A stretch of 64,000 nucleotides of DNA from Patescibacteria group bacterium. GTDB lineage: Bacteria; Patescibacteriota; Patescibacteriia; UBA1558; GWA2-36-10. A program made the translations under genes and the position numbers. Positions 37,464 to 45,430 of the stretch are shown one piece after another; the first letter of the stretch is position 1, and each line of letters opens with the position of its first letter. A model generated the notes under the pieces. That model was not told the origin of the DNA. It did no database searches and saw only the letters and a list, made by a program, of their open reading frames with translations. The stretch lies in NCBI GenBank assembly GCA_041665505.1, contig JBAYIR010000002.1, positions 75,602 through 139,601 on the forward strand, read 5' to 3'.

Positions 37464-39461
37464 TTACCAATCCGATACATCTGGTAAAAAACCATCTGGA
37501 TCAACCACATATTCTATGCCATCTCCTGAAGCATAAGTAGCGCTACGAGCCATAGCATTATAATTTAAAAGTTTAGCATCAATGTCAGCCAAAAATGGTG
37601 ACGGTTTCAAGTCCTTATAACCATCATATCTAAACATAGACATAGGATAGGTCAAATAAAGATAACGGCGAGCTCTAGTTGAGGCCACATAAAACAAACG
37701 CCGTTCTTCTTCTCTTTCTGCTTCACCCACACAAAGAGGATGAGGAAAAGCCATGTCTGTCATATTGATTATAAAAACCGCCTCCCACTCCAGACCTTTA
37801 GCCTGATGGACAGTGCTTAGTATGATATTATCTTCTTTTTTTTCAGACTCCCGACCAGAAAAACTTTCTTGCAAACTTATCTCACTCAAAAATAAATCTA
37901 AATCTTTATAGCCAGCTGAAAAAATTGCCAATTGTTCCAAATCATCCTGGCGTTGACGATAGTCTGTAAATTTTTCTTTCAGCTGCGGATAATAAAATTC
38001 AATAACAATGTTTATCAATTTACTGACATTGTCTTTTTGATTTTTAACTAAATCATCTATGAGCATTAATATTTTCCCCCAGCTCGTACCGGCTTTATCC
38101 GCCATGTTTAGACCCGAATCTCTAAGTTTGGCTAAATCACCCACTTCAACAATCTGCTGATAAATCCGATAAGCTGTGACTGGTCCAATACCTTCTTGCA
38201 TTTGTAAAATTCTTAGCCAGGCTACCTCATCTCTAAAATTTCCTAATATTTTTATATAAGCTAGTAGATCTTTGATATGAGCTCTTTCAAAAAAACGCAG
38301 GCCCCCTCTAATCTCGTAATCTATGCCTCGACGATTCAATTCCATTTCCAAATTTTGACTGTATGAAGCGGCTCGAAAAAGAATAGCTATTTGATCTGGT
38401 TTTAAACCTTTTTCAAAGTGTTGTTCTATTTTATCTACTATAAAACTAGCTTCTTGAATAGGACTAAGTAAAGCTGTTAGTTCTGGCCTGACGTGAGATT
38501 CTCTGACGGCTTTAAGATTTTTGGCAAACTGCTTGGTATTGGCCGCTATAATTTGATTGGCCACATCCAATATTTCTGGAGTGGAGCGATAATTGGTTTC
38601 CAATTTATGAACAGTAGTTTTGGGAAATTTATCAGGAAATTCCAAAATATTTCTAATATCTGCTGCCCGAAAAGAATAAATACTCTGGGCATCATCACCA
38701 ACTGCCAAAACATTATGGTGTAACTTAGATAAATTAAAAATAATTTCCGCTTGAATAGTATTGGTATCCTGATACTCATCAACCAAAATATAGTCCCATT
38801 TTTTTTGTAATATTGGTCCAGCAACTGGATGTTCAGTCAAGGCTTTCCAAAAAACTAAAAGATCATCAAAATCCAAAACATTAGAGGCTCTTTTACGTCT
38901 TTTATATTCACTGGCAATATGTTCTATATTCTCCAAAAGAACCATCCACTCAGAAAATTTTATTTCTAAGCTTTGCTTAATATCAATTCCCGAATTAGTA
39001 GCAAAACTAATAGTCTCTCGAAGCATCCCTGGAGTGGGACGATGCTTGGCTGGTAGAGAACTCAGATAATCTTTGGAAATTAATTTTAGTAAATTATCAC
39101 TATCATCACTATCTAAAATTGTAAAATCAGATTTAATATCAATATATTTACCATAGATTCTTAGTAAGCGATTGGCCAAAGAATGAAAAGTGCCACCCCA
39201 CAAAGGCAGTTTGTCTTCAAGTTTGAGACCTAATAAATTCTTAACCCGATTCATCATCTCCGCTGCTGCTTTGTTGGTAAAAGTCACTAGTAATATTTTA
39301 TCTGGCCTTACTCCTTGATCTAAAAGCCAAGCGGCTCGATAAATTAAAGTACGAGTCTTACCAGAGCCAGCTCCAGCCAAGACTAAATGAGGCCCCTTAC
39401 CAGATGTAACGACCTCATATTGTTCTTTATTTAATTCTTGTTTAAAATCTATAGACTTCAT
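37464..39461 (-). CDS. uvrD: ATP-dependent DNA helicase, UvrD/PcrA family.
   Basis: Walker A is LVLAGAGSGKTRTL. Helicase motifs VDEYQDTN and LAVGDDAQSIYSFRAA are present. Length is 665 aa. Confidence 0.9.
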   Translation of the reverse strand: MKSIDFKQELNKEQYEVVTSGKGPHLVLAGAGSGKTRTLIYRAAWLLDQGVRPDKILLVTFTNKAAAEMMNRVKNLLGLKLEDKLPLWGGTFHSLANRLLRIYGKYIDIKSDFTILDSDDSDNLLKLISKDYLSSLPAKHRPTPGMLRETISFATNSGIDIKQSLEIKFSEWMVLLENIEHIASEYKRRKRASNVLDFDDLLVFWKALTEHPVAGPILQKKWDYILVDEYQDTNTIQAEIIFNLSKLHHNVLAVGDDAQSIYSFRAADIRNILEFPDKFPKTTVHKLETNYRSTPEILDVANQIIAANTKQFAKNLKAVRESHVRPELTALLSPIQEASFIVDKIEQHFEKGLKPDQIAILFRAASYSQNLEMELNRRGIDYEIRGGLRFFERAHIKDLLAYIKILGNFRDEVAWLRILQMQEGIGPVTAYRIYQQIVEVGDLAKLRDSGLNMADKAGTSWGKILMLIDDLVKNQKDNVSKLINIVIEFYYPQLKEKFTDYRQRQDDLEQLAIFSAGYKDLDLFLSEISLQESFSGRESEKKEDNIILSTVHQAKGLEWEAVFIINMTDMAFPHPLCVGEAEREEERRLFYVASTRARRYLYLTYPMSMFRYDGYKDLKPSPFLADIDAKLLNYNAMARSATYASGDGIEYVVDPDGFLPDVSDW

Positions 39462-39526
39462 AATCAGGACTATTATAACCCAAATAAAAAAATAAATCCA
39501 ACTAAAAAATTGGACAAAATAAAGGA

Positions 39527-39593
39527 CCGGGCTCCCTGGTGAGAGAGCCCGGTCGAATTCCGTGACCGCTAGTCGCTAGTTAGCGACGACTGG
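39527..39593 (-). terminator. Terminator hairpins of the pilin pair.
   Basis: CCGGGCTCCCTGGTGAGAGAGCCCGG, read on the minus strand, is followed by a T-rich tract. A second imperfect 15-bp stem spans the pilin stop codon. Confidence 0.55.
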
Positions 39594-39996
39594 TCAAGGT
39601 CAGAGCAACGGTATCAGTACCGTAACCCTTGACGACGTAGTCAGTCGGCCGACCTTCGGGGTCAGGCAGAACTTTGACACTGACCTGACCAGGAGAGGTG
39701 GCCTCACCACCGAAACGCGGCTCTGTAGCCTTGCCGGTGTAGGGGTTCTCCAACAGCTTGCCGCCCGGCAGGAAAGGCAGGAGGTCAGCCGCCGCGTCCG
39801 AGTAGAGGCCGTCGTGCCGGACGGCGAAATCCTCCATGGCCAGCTGCACGGTGTGCACCGCACCCTTGACATTGGCCTCCTTGGCCCGGTCCTGCATACT
39901 CATGTAGTTGGGGATGGCGATGGCCGCCAGAATGCCGACGATGACCACGACGATCATGAGCTCGATCAGGGTGAAACCTCTGCGCTTCTGCGACAT
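39580..39996 (-). CDS. Type IV pilin / pseudopilin (prepilin with an N-terminal methylation motif), copy 1.
   Basis: MSQKRRGFTLIELMIVVVIVGILAAIAIPNY has the class III signal (G|FTLIELM) and the hydrophobic alpha1 helix. The RBS is CAGGAGGAAAAGGAC-ATG. Confidence 0.8.
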   Translation of the reverse strand: MSQKRRGFTLIELMIVVVIVGILAAIAIPNYMSMQDRAKEANVKGAVHTVQLAMEDFAVRHDGLYSDAAADLLPFLPGGKLLENPYTGKATEPRFGGEATSPGQVSVKVLPDPEGRPTDYVVKGYGTDTVALTLTSRR

Positions 39997-40066
39997 GTCC
40001 TTTTCCTCCTGTGGAACGTCTGAAGTTTGAGATGCTTAGCCAAAGGCTAGCATCCCGCGAAGATGA

Positions 40067-40480
40067 TCAGTTGCCGCCGTGCCAGGTGAGGATATTGATC
40101 GCCTCACCAAAAGCTGTGATGATGTATCTCTGCCTCCCCCCATCGGAAATCAGCTGCACGCCGACCTCCCCCGGAGTCTTGGCACTAGCCCCGAACTGGG
40201 GCTCGGAAAACTGGCCAGTGAAGCCATTCTCCAACATCTTGCCACCCGGCAAAAGAGGCAGGAGATCCTCAGCTCGGTCGGAGTAGACTCCGTCGTGGCG
40301 CACGGCGTAGTCCTCGACCGCCAACTGCAGCGTGTGTGCCGCGGTCTTGGTCTTGTCCGTCTTGGCCGTGCGGTCCTCCATACTGATGAAGTTGGGGATG
40401 GCGACGGCCGCCAGAATGCCGATGACCACGACGACGATCATGAGCTCGATCAGAGTGAAACCTCTGCGCTTCTGCGACAT
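40067..40480 (-). CDS. Type IV pilin / pseudopilin, copy 2; a diverged tandem paralog.
   Basis: MSQKRRGFTLIELMIVVVVIGILAAVAIPNF. The first ~30 codons and a 22-nt 5'-UTR (GTCCTTTTCCTCCTGTGGAACG) are shared with copy 1. The C-terminal halves diverge. Confidence 0.8.
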   Translation of the reverse strand: MSQKRRGFTLIELMIVVVVIGILAAVAIPNFISMEDRTAKTDKTKTAAHTLQLAVEDYAVRHDGVYSDRAEDLLPLLPGGKMLENGFTGQFSEPQFGASAKTPGEVGVQLISDGGRQRYIITAFGEAINILTWHGGN

Positions 40481-40602
40481 GTCCTTTTCCTCCTGTGGAA
40501 CGAAGCTTAATCAGAAAATTTGAGGATTTTAATCCTCGTGACTCTTTAAGCTAGATTACCTTTCTGTTTCAGGTTGTTGTGAAGAACGGGACATTAACAT
40601 AG

Positions 40603-40632
40603 TATTATATCATATCTAATGCTTTTTGTCAA
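40603..40632 (-). promoter_or_regulatory. Candidate promoter of the pilin pair.
   Basis: On the minus strand TTGACA (40632-40627) is followed by an 18-nt spacer and TATAAT (40608-40603). Confidence 0.4.
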
Positions 40633-40775
40633 TTAAAACATCCTCAAAAAGCTGATTTTACAAGAAATACTAATAGCCTCATAAATATTGCCTTTTTACT
40701 ATCTTTATGCTTTAATTTGTCTTGTTATTATTAAATATATTTCTGCTTAGGCAGGAATGACAGGAAAATATTTTT

Positions 40776-41837
40776 ATGTCATTTTCTCTAGGAATTGTTG
40801 GTCTACCAAATGTCGGTAAGTCCACTTTATTTCAAGCCCTAACTAAAAATAAGGTAGAAGCCTCCAACTACCCCTTTTGTACTATTGACCCCAATGTCGG
40901 CGTAGTAGCTGTACCAGATAGTAGATTGGATGACTTAGCTATGATGTCCAAATCGGCCAAAATTATTCCGACTGTCATTGAATTTGTAGATATTGCCGGT
41001 TTGGTCAAAGGAGCATCACTAGGAGAAGGCTTGGGTAATAAATTTTTATCAAACATTAGAGATGTAGATGCTATAGTGCAAGTCATTAGAAGTTTTACTG
41101 ATAAAAATGTTACACACGTTCATGGTAATATTTCTCCTGAGTATGATAAAGAAATTATCAATCTGGAATTGATTATGGCCGACTTAGAGGTAGCGACTAA
41201 ACATTTAGACAAAGTAATTTCTAAAATGAAAGGTCCTTATGACAAAATTTTGGACCAAGAAAAAGCTCTAATGGAAAAAGCCAAAGCTCATTTGGAAGCT
41301 AATCAGCTTTTAAATAGTCTAGAATTAAATGACGAAGAACAAAAATTAATCAAACAAATAAATTTACTGAGCATCAAGCCGATTATTTATCTATACAATA
41401 TAGATGAAGCTGATTTAGCTAAAGACCTTGGCTTGCCAGCTGGATCAATTTCAATTTGTGCTAAAACTGAAGCTGAATTAGCTGAGTTAGAGCCAGCAGA
41501 AGCCAAAGAATATATGAAAGAGCTTGGCATTACTACTAGTGGCTTAGATAATTTGATTAGTGCTAGCTACAAATTACTCAACCTAATTACTTTTATCACT
41601 ACTGGGCCAGAAGAAACCAGAGCTTGGACTATTACCAGCGGCACCAAAGCTCCTCAAGCGGCTGGAGTGATACACACTGACTTTGAAAAAGGTTTTATCC
41701 GTGCCGAAGTCATCAATTGGCAAACTCTTTTAGATGATGGGGCTTGGAATGAGAGCAAAGTGGCCGGTCATATGCGTATGGAAGGCAAAGAATATATTAT
41801 GAAAGATGGTGATACAGTCCATTTTCATTTCAATTAA
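40776..41837 (+). CDS. ychF: Ribosome-binding ATPase YchF.
   Basis: LGIVGLPNVGKSTLFQALT (G1), NYPFCTIDPN and a C-terminal TGS domain are present. Confidence 0.92.
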   Translation: MSFSLGIVGLPNVGKSTLFQALTKNKVEASNYPFCTIDPNVGVVAVPDSRLDDLAMMSKSAKIIPTVIEFVDIAGLVKGASLGEGLGNKFLSNIRDVDAIVQVIRSFTDKNVTHVHGNISPEYDKEIINLELIMADLEVATKHLDKVISKMKGPYDKILDQEKALMEKAKAHLEANQLLNSLELNDEEQKLIKQINLLSIKPIIYLYNIDEADLAKDLGLPAGSISICAKTEAELAELEPAEAKEYMKELGITTSGLDNLISASYKLLNLITFITTGPEETRAWTITSGTKAPQAAGVIHTDFEKGFIRAEVINWQTLLDDGAWNESKVAGHMRMEGKEYIMKDGDTVHFHFN

Positions 41838-41877
41838 GATCTCATAAAAAAATAAATTTTTTACTGTTTAGCAAATG

Positions 41878-41886
41878 TGCTATAAT
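41878..41886 (+). promoter_or_regulatory. Extended -10 promoter element (TGcTATAAT) of an orphan transcript.
   Basis: TGCTATAAT is a perfect extended -10. No CDS lies downstream on the plus strand before the terminator at 42052. Confidence 0.5.
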
Positions 41887-41892
41887 ATAAAT

Positions 41893-42086
41893 GTCCTAGT
41901 CCTTTGTTGTAACATCTTTGTCAAAAATACTAGCCCAAGTAAAACGTGCTCTATAAAAAGCACCAGAAAATAAAAATAAATTACTTGTCTAATATCTGGA
42001 ACAAAGATAAACATTAACACAACTGAATATGGACATGGAAGTTTTATAGAATTCCACCTACATTGGGGCAGGTGGGATTCTTTTTT
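41893..42086 (+). ncRNA. Candidate small RNA of about 190 nt with its own promoter and terminator (6S-like?).
   Basis: The extended -10 at 41878-41886, a terminator hairpin CCACCT-N10-AGGTGG plus T9 (42052-42086), and long-range complementarity (ATGTCC 41891 with GGACAT 42030; CATCTTTGT 41914-41922 with ACAAAGATA 42001-42009) are consistent with an extended hairpin. No ORF or RBS is present. Confidence 0.4.
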
Positions 42087-42097
42087 TAAAAAAATAA

Positions 42098-42128
42098 AAA
42101 GACCTAAAGCAAAAACTATGGGTCTTTC
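42098..42128 (-). terminator. Intrinsic terminator of queA.
   Basis: On the minus strand AAAGACC-N16-GGTCTTT is followed by a T-run. Confidence 0.6.
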
Positions 42129-42137
42129 AATTTTAAA

Positions 42138-43175
42138 TTATAATCTATTTTTAGTAATCAACATGCCGTCACCAAAAGAAAAAAATCTATACTTTAGCTT
42201 GATAGCCTTTTGATAAGCTTTTAATATTTGCTCCCGGCTAGCTAAAGCAGCTACCATAAAAAGTAGAGAACTTTTCGGCAAATGAAAATTGGTTATTAAA
42301 TCATCTACAAATTTATATTTATAGCCTGGATAAATATAAATGTCTACCCATTTAGAGCCTGAGCTTAAATGCCCAGCCTTAGTAGCAAAGGCCTCTAAGG
42401 TGCGGGCACTAGTGGTGCCAACAGCTATAATATTTTTACCTTGTTTTTTTAATTTATTCAAAGACTCTACAGTGTTTTTATCAATACTAGCCCACTCATG
42501 GTGAATTTTATGCTTAGTAATATCCTCTACTTCTACTGGCGCAAAAGTACCTAGACCAACATGTAGAGTTACTTTAAAAATTTTGACGCCTTTTTTATTA
42601 AGTTGTTGTAAAACTTTGTTAGTAAAATGAAGACCAGCGGTTGGCGCCGCTGCCGAACCAAGAGAACGAGCATAAATAGTCTGATAATCTTTTTTGATTT
42701 TTGAACTATCTTTAATTTTTATATAAGGCGGCAGCGGCGTATGCCCAATACTATCTATAATAGCTTCCAATTTTTTGCCGACTTGATTAAATTTTATTTG
42801 TTTAATTTTACCATCAATGTCTTTGATAATTTTGGCCACTAGTTTATCAGCCAAATAAATACTATCGCCGACTTTAAGATTACGAGCACCAATCATAGCT
42901 AGCCAAGTGGAATTATTGATTTTTTCAGTCAATAAAATTTCTACTTGCCCGCCAGTAGATTTGTGACCATAGAGCCTAGCTGGAAAAACTTTTGTTTCAT
43001 TAACTACCAAGACATCATTGGCCGAGAGATATTCTGGCAAATTATAAAAATGCTGATGGCTTATTTTTTCTTTAGCTCTATCTAATATCAAAAGGCGTGA
43101 ATGATCCCGTGGTTTTATTTGACTTTGGGCTATCAAAGCACGAGGTAAATTATAATCAAATAAACTTATTTTCAT
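42138..43175 (-). CDS. queA: S-adenosylmethionine:tRNA ribosyltransferase-isomerase.
   Basis: MKISLFDYNLPRALIAQSQIKPRDHSRLLIL is the QueA N-terminal signature. Length is 345 aa. Confidence 0.93.
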   Translation of the reverse strand: MKISLFDYNLPRALIAQSQIKPRDHSRLLILDRAKEKISHQHFYNLPEYLSANDVLVVNETKVFPARLYGHKSTGGQVEILLTEKINNSTWLAMIGARNLKVGDSIYLADKLVAKIIKDIDGKIKQIKFNQVGKKLEAIIDSIGHTPLPPYIKIKDSSKIKKDYQTIYARSLGSAAAPTAGLHFTNKVLQQLNKKGVKIFKVTLHVGLGTFAPVEVEDITKHKIHHEWASIDKNTVESLNKLKKQGKNIIAVGTTSARTLEAFATKAGHLSSGSKWVDIYIYPGYKYKFVDDLITNFHLPKSSLLFMVAALASREQILKAYQKAIKLKYRFFSFGDGMLITKNRL

Positions 43176-43189
43176 AAATATTATAATAA

Positions 43190-43560
43190 AGTAGCTGCCG
43201 GGTCCGTCTAAGACGGACCCGGCGCCAAAGGGTTTAACGAATCCGATGCCCGTTGAGGCGAAGATGGTGGGGATTGGTATAAGACATTATACCATTTCCT
43301 ATACAGATAAGCGGCCAGAAGATAAGCATGGCTACAAATACACCCAGACCAGCGCTGACAATACAAAATTGATCACTGGGTGGACCATATTCATGCCTAG
43401 CGCGCCTGAGCAAAGACACAATGTCGCTGCTATAGAGCAGACCAAAGAAAAAGCCTAGCAGAGCGTAGGCAATCGCCAAGACAAGCCACCAATTCATGAG
43501 CTTCCTCCCTTTCCAGTTTGACTCGCTACGAAGTGACAGAGAACAAAAAGCAGCTAAACA
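43190..43560. other. GC-enriched island 4, between queA and queH.
   Basis: GC content is elevated. It has a GGAGGAAGCTC-ATG RBS and a perfect 11-bp GC hairpin (CCGGGTCCGTC-TAA-GACGGACCCGG) downstream of the gene. Confidence 0.6.
43234..43497 (-). CDS. Small two-TM membrane protein, hypothetical, in a GC-enriched island.
   Basis: 87 aa. MNWWLVLAIAYALLGFFFGLLY... and ...GLGVFVAMLIFWPLICIG are the hydrophobic helices. It has a strong RBS and its own terminator. Confidence 0.45.
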   Translation of the reverse strand: MNWWLVLAIAYALLGFFFGLLYSSDIVSLLRRARHEYGPPSDQFCIVSAGLGVFVAMLIFWPLICIGNGIMSYTNPHHLRLNGHRIR

Positions 43561-43583
43561 TTAGCTTAATTATCAGCTAGCTG

Positions 43584-44120
43584 TCAAATTTTTTTAGAAT
43601 AAAGGCAGCCACAATAGTCTTGGCGATAAAAACCTTCTTTTTTGCTCATCTCAGACGCTATTTTAAAACCATTATTTTTCTTCCAATCCGCTTCTAGAAA
43701 TTTAACTCCGTATTCTTTAACCAATTTATTAGCTACACAATTGATTTGAGAAACATCTTTGTGAGGAGAAATACTCATCACTGTAGCCCAAAGGTCATAG
43801 TTTTCTTCCTTAGCTTTTTTAGCTGTTTGACCTAGACGAATATCAAAACAAACTTCACAGCGCTGACCTTTTTCTGGTTCAGCTTCTAGACCCTTGGTCT
43901 TAGTAAACCACTCGGCTGTATTATATGGTCCTTCTTCAAAATTAATAGCTATTTTTTTGGCATATTTTTGCATTTCATCTCGGCGCAAATTGTATTCTTT
44001 CCTAGGATGAATATTGGGGTCATAGAAAAAAATACTTAGCTGATAATCTTTAGCTAACTGCTCTAAAACATAAATAGAGCATGGTGCACAACAAGAATGT
44101 AATAATAATCTTTGTTTCAT
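43584..44120 (-). CDS. queH: Epoxyqueuosine reductase QueH (DUF208).
   Basis: MKQRLLLHSCCAPCS and additional Cys (CEVCF; CGC) are characteristic of QueH. It is separated from queA only by the island. Confidence 0.8.
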   Translation of the reverse strand: MKQRLLLHSCCAPCSIYVLEQLAKDYQLSIFFYDPNIHPRKEYNLRRDEMQKYAKKIAINFEEGPYNTAEWFTKTKGLEAEPEKGQRCEVCFDIRLGQTAKKAKEENYDLWATVMSISPHKDVSQINCVANKLVKEYGVKFLEADWKKNNGFKIASEMSKKEGFYRQDYCGCLYSKKI

Positions 44121-45424
44121 AAATCCATTAATACTTTGATCGGAGCTTTATAAAGCTCACCATAAGAAGTAAATCCATTGAGTGGAATAATGCCTCTAGC
44201 ATAAGATATCATAAGTAAAACATTAAAAATAATTCCTGTAAACACCAACAAAATAAAAATAATTAGGACTATTTTTCTTTTGCAGACTGCCTTTATAAAA
44301 TAACTCAGGCCAAGAGTAAAAATAAAAAAACTACTAATCATACGACGAGCTCCAAAAGAGCCACCGCCATACCAATCATAGATAGCACAATTGATATAAA
44401 TCTGTATTAGCATAGCCAAAAATAAAAGCCTAGCCAAAAATTTATCTTGTTTATAAAAAAAGCCTAACCCCACTAAAGAAAACATCAGTAAAGGATGGAC
44501 CGTAAACATACCATGATGACTAGAAAATAAAAATTGCCAAATATGAGGATGAGCCAGATGAAAAAATGAAGTTCCTTGTGGTATTACAATCCAAGATCCA
44601 AACAAATGTCGCCACATCAAAAATTGTAGCGAACTTAATAAAACAAACCCTACTAAAGCCAAGCTAATTGGCTTTATATATTTTTTATAATTTTTTTCAG
44701 CATAAATTTTTTTAAAAATTATAAATAAAGCTATAACAGCAAATACTATATCCTGCCATCTAAGCAAAAATAATAAAGCCATACTCACTCCTAGTAGTAA
44801 GTAATCTAAATAATATATAATATCGGATTTATAAATTTTATAAATCACATAAAAAAATAAAGAGCTAGAGAAAACTGTCAATCCGTGCGCCATACTAGGC
44901 TCATAAATCAGATAAAAAGGCACCGGTGATACAGCTATAGAAATTAATATAGCCCACCAAGCATATTTTTCACCTATAATTTTCCTCAGGGTATTAAAGA
45001 GTAAGGCTAAACCCAATAAAAAATAAGTCCAAGTGCCCATAGCCACTGCCACTTGATAAGGAAAATTAAAACCCCTAATAAAATAAGGATCAGCAAAATC
45101 AAAAACATAGCTAACTATAAAAGCTATTAACACAAAAGGACTCCATAATACAGCTGCCCCCACTGCGAAAGGATTGGCTATTTGATTGACACTAGTTTGC
45201 CAAGCCACCACAGTATCATAATTATTTAAAGCATCAAATAAAGCAAACTCATTTTGCAAATTAAAATCCCTATCAAAAATAAAAGACCTAATATATGAAT
45301 AATAACCAAAACCATCACCACCTATCTGCCAGCTTGCTTGCCATAGAGTAGTCAAAAAACACAAAATAAAAAATACCAACAATAAAAGGCTGGTAGTATT
45401 AAATTGTAAATTAATTTTTCTCAC
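44117..45424 (-). CDS. Polytopic membrane protein, possibly a GT-C-fold glycosyltransferase (PMT/ArnT-like).
   Basis: 435 aa with more than 10 TM helices. The family call is weak. Confidence 0.3.
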   Translation of the reverse strand: MRKINLQFNTTSLLLLVFFILCFLTTLWQASWQIGGDGFGYYSYIRSFIFDRDFNLQNEFALFDALNNYDTVVAWQTSVNQIANPFAVGAAVLWSPFVLIAFIVSYVFDFADPYFIRGFNFPYQVAVAMGTWTYFLLGLALLFNTLRKIIGEKYAWWAILISIAVSPVPFYLIYEPSMAHGLTVFSSSLFFYVIYKIYKSDIIYYLDYLLLGVSMALLFLLRWQDIVFAVIALFIIFKKIYAEKNYKKYIKPISLALVGFVLLSSLQFLMWRHLFGSWIVIPQGTSFFHLAHPHIWQFLFSSHHGMFTVHPLLMFSLVGLGFFYKQDKFLARLLFLAMLIQIYINCAIYDWYGGGSFGARRMISSFFIFTLGLSYFIKAVCKRKIVLIIFILLVFTGIIFNVLLMISYARGIIPLNGFTSYGELYKAPIKVLMDL

Positions 45425-45430
45425 CGTGTA

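Larger units (their letters stand above)
39525..40505. other. GC-rich compositional island 3 (tandem prepilin genes).
   Basis: Codon usage is strongly GC-biased (CTGATCGAGCTCATGATCGTCGTGGTCATC...), unlike the flanking AT-rich genes. Confidence 0.7.

Noticed and set aside
37464-39461. UvrD plus exonuclease as a Gabija/Hachiman-type defence pair.
   Set aside because: No OLD-family ATPase/TOPRIM nuclease (GajA) or HamA-like partner is present. The UvrD has all canonical housekeeping PcrA motifs. The case is kept as a finding only because of the unusual exo-WYL fusion, not called as a known defence system.
39600-40523. ORFs 39600-39872 (-), 39814-40023 (+), 40011-40286 (+), 40079-40510 (+), 40332-40523 (+) and 33950-34320 (-) in GC-rich islands.
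   Set aside because: These are alternative-frame or antisense shadows of the pilin and Xis-like genes, caused by high GC. They lack RBS and have Arg/Pro/Ala-rich nonsense composition.
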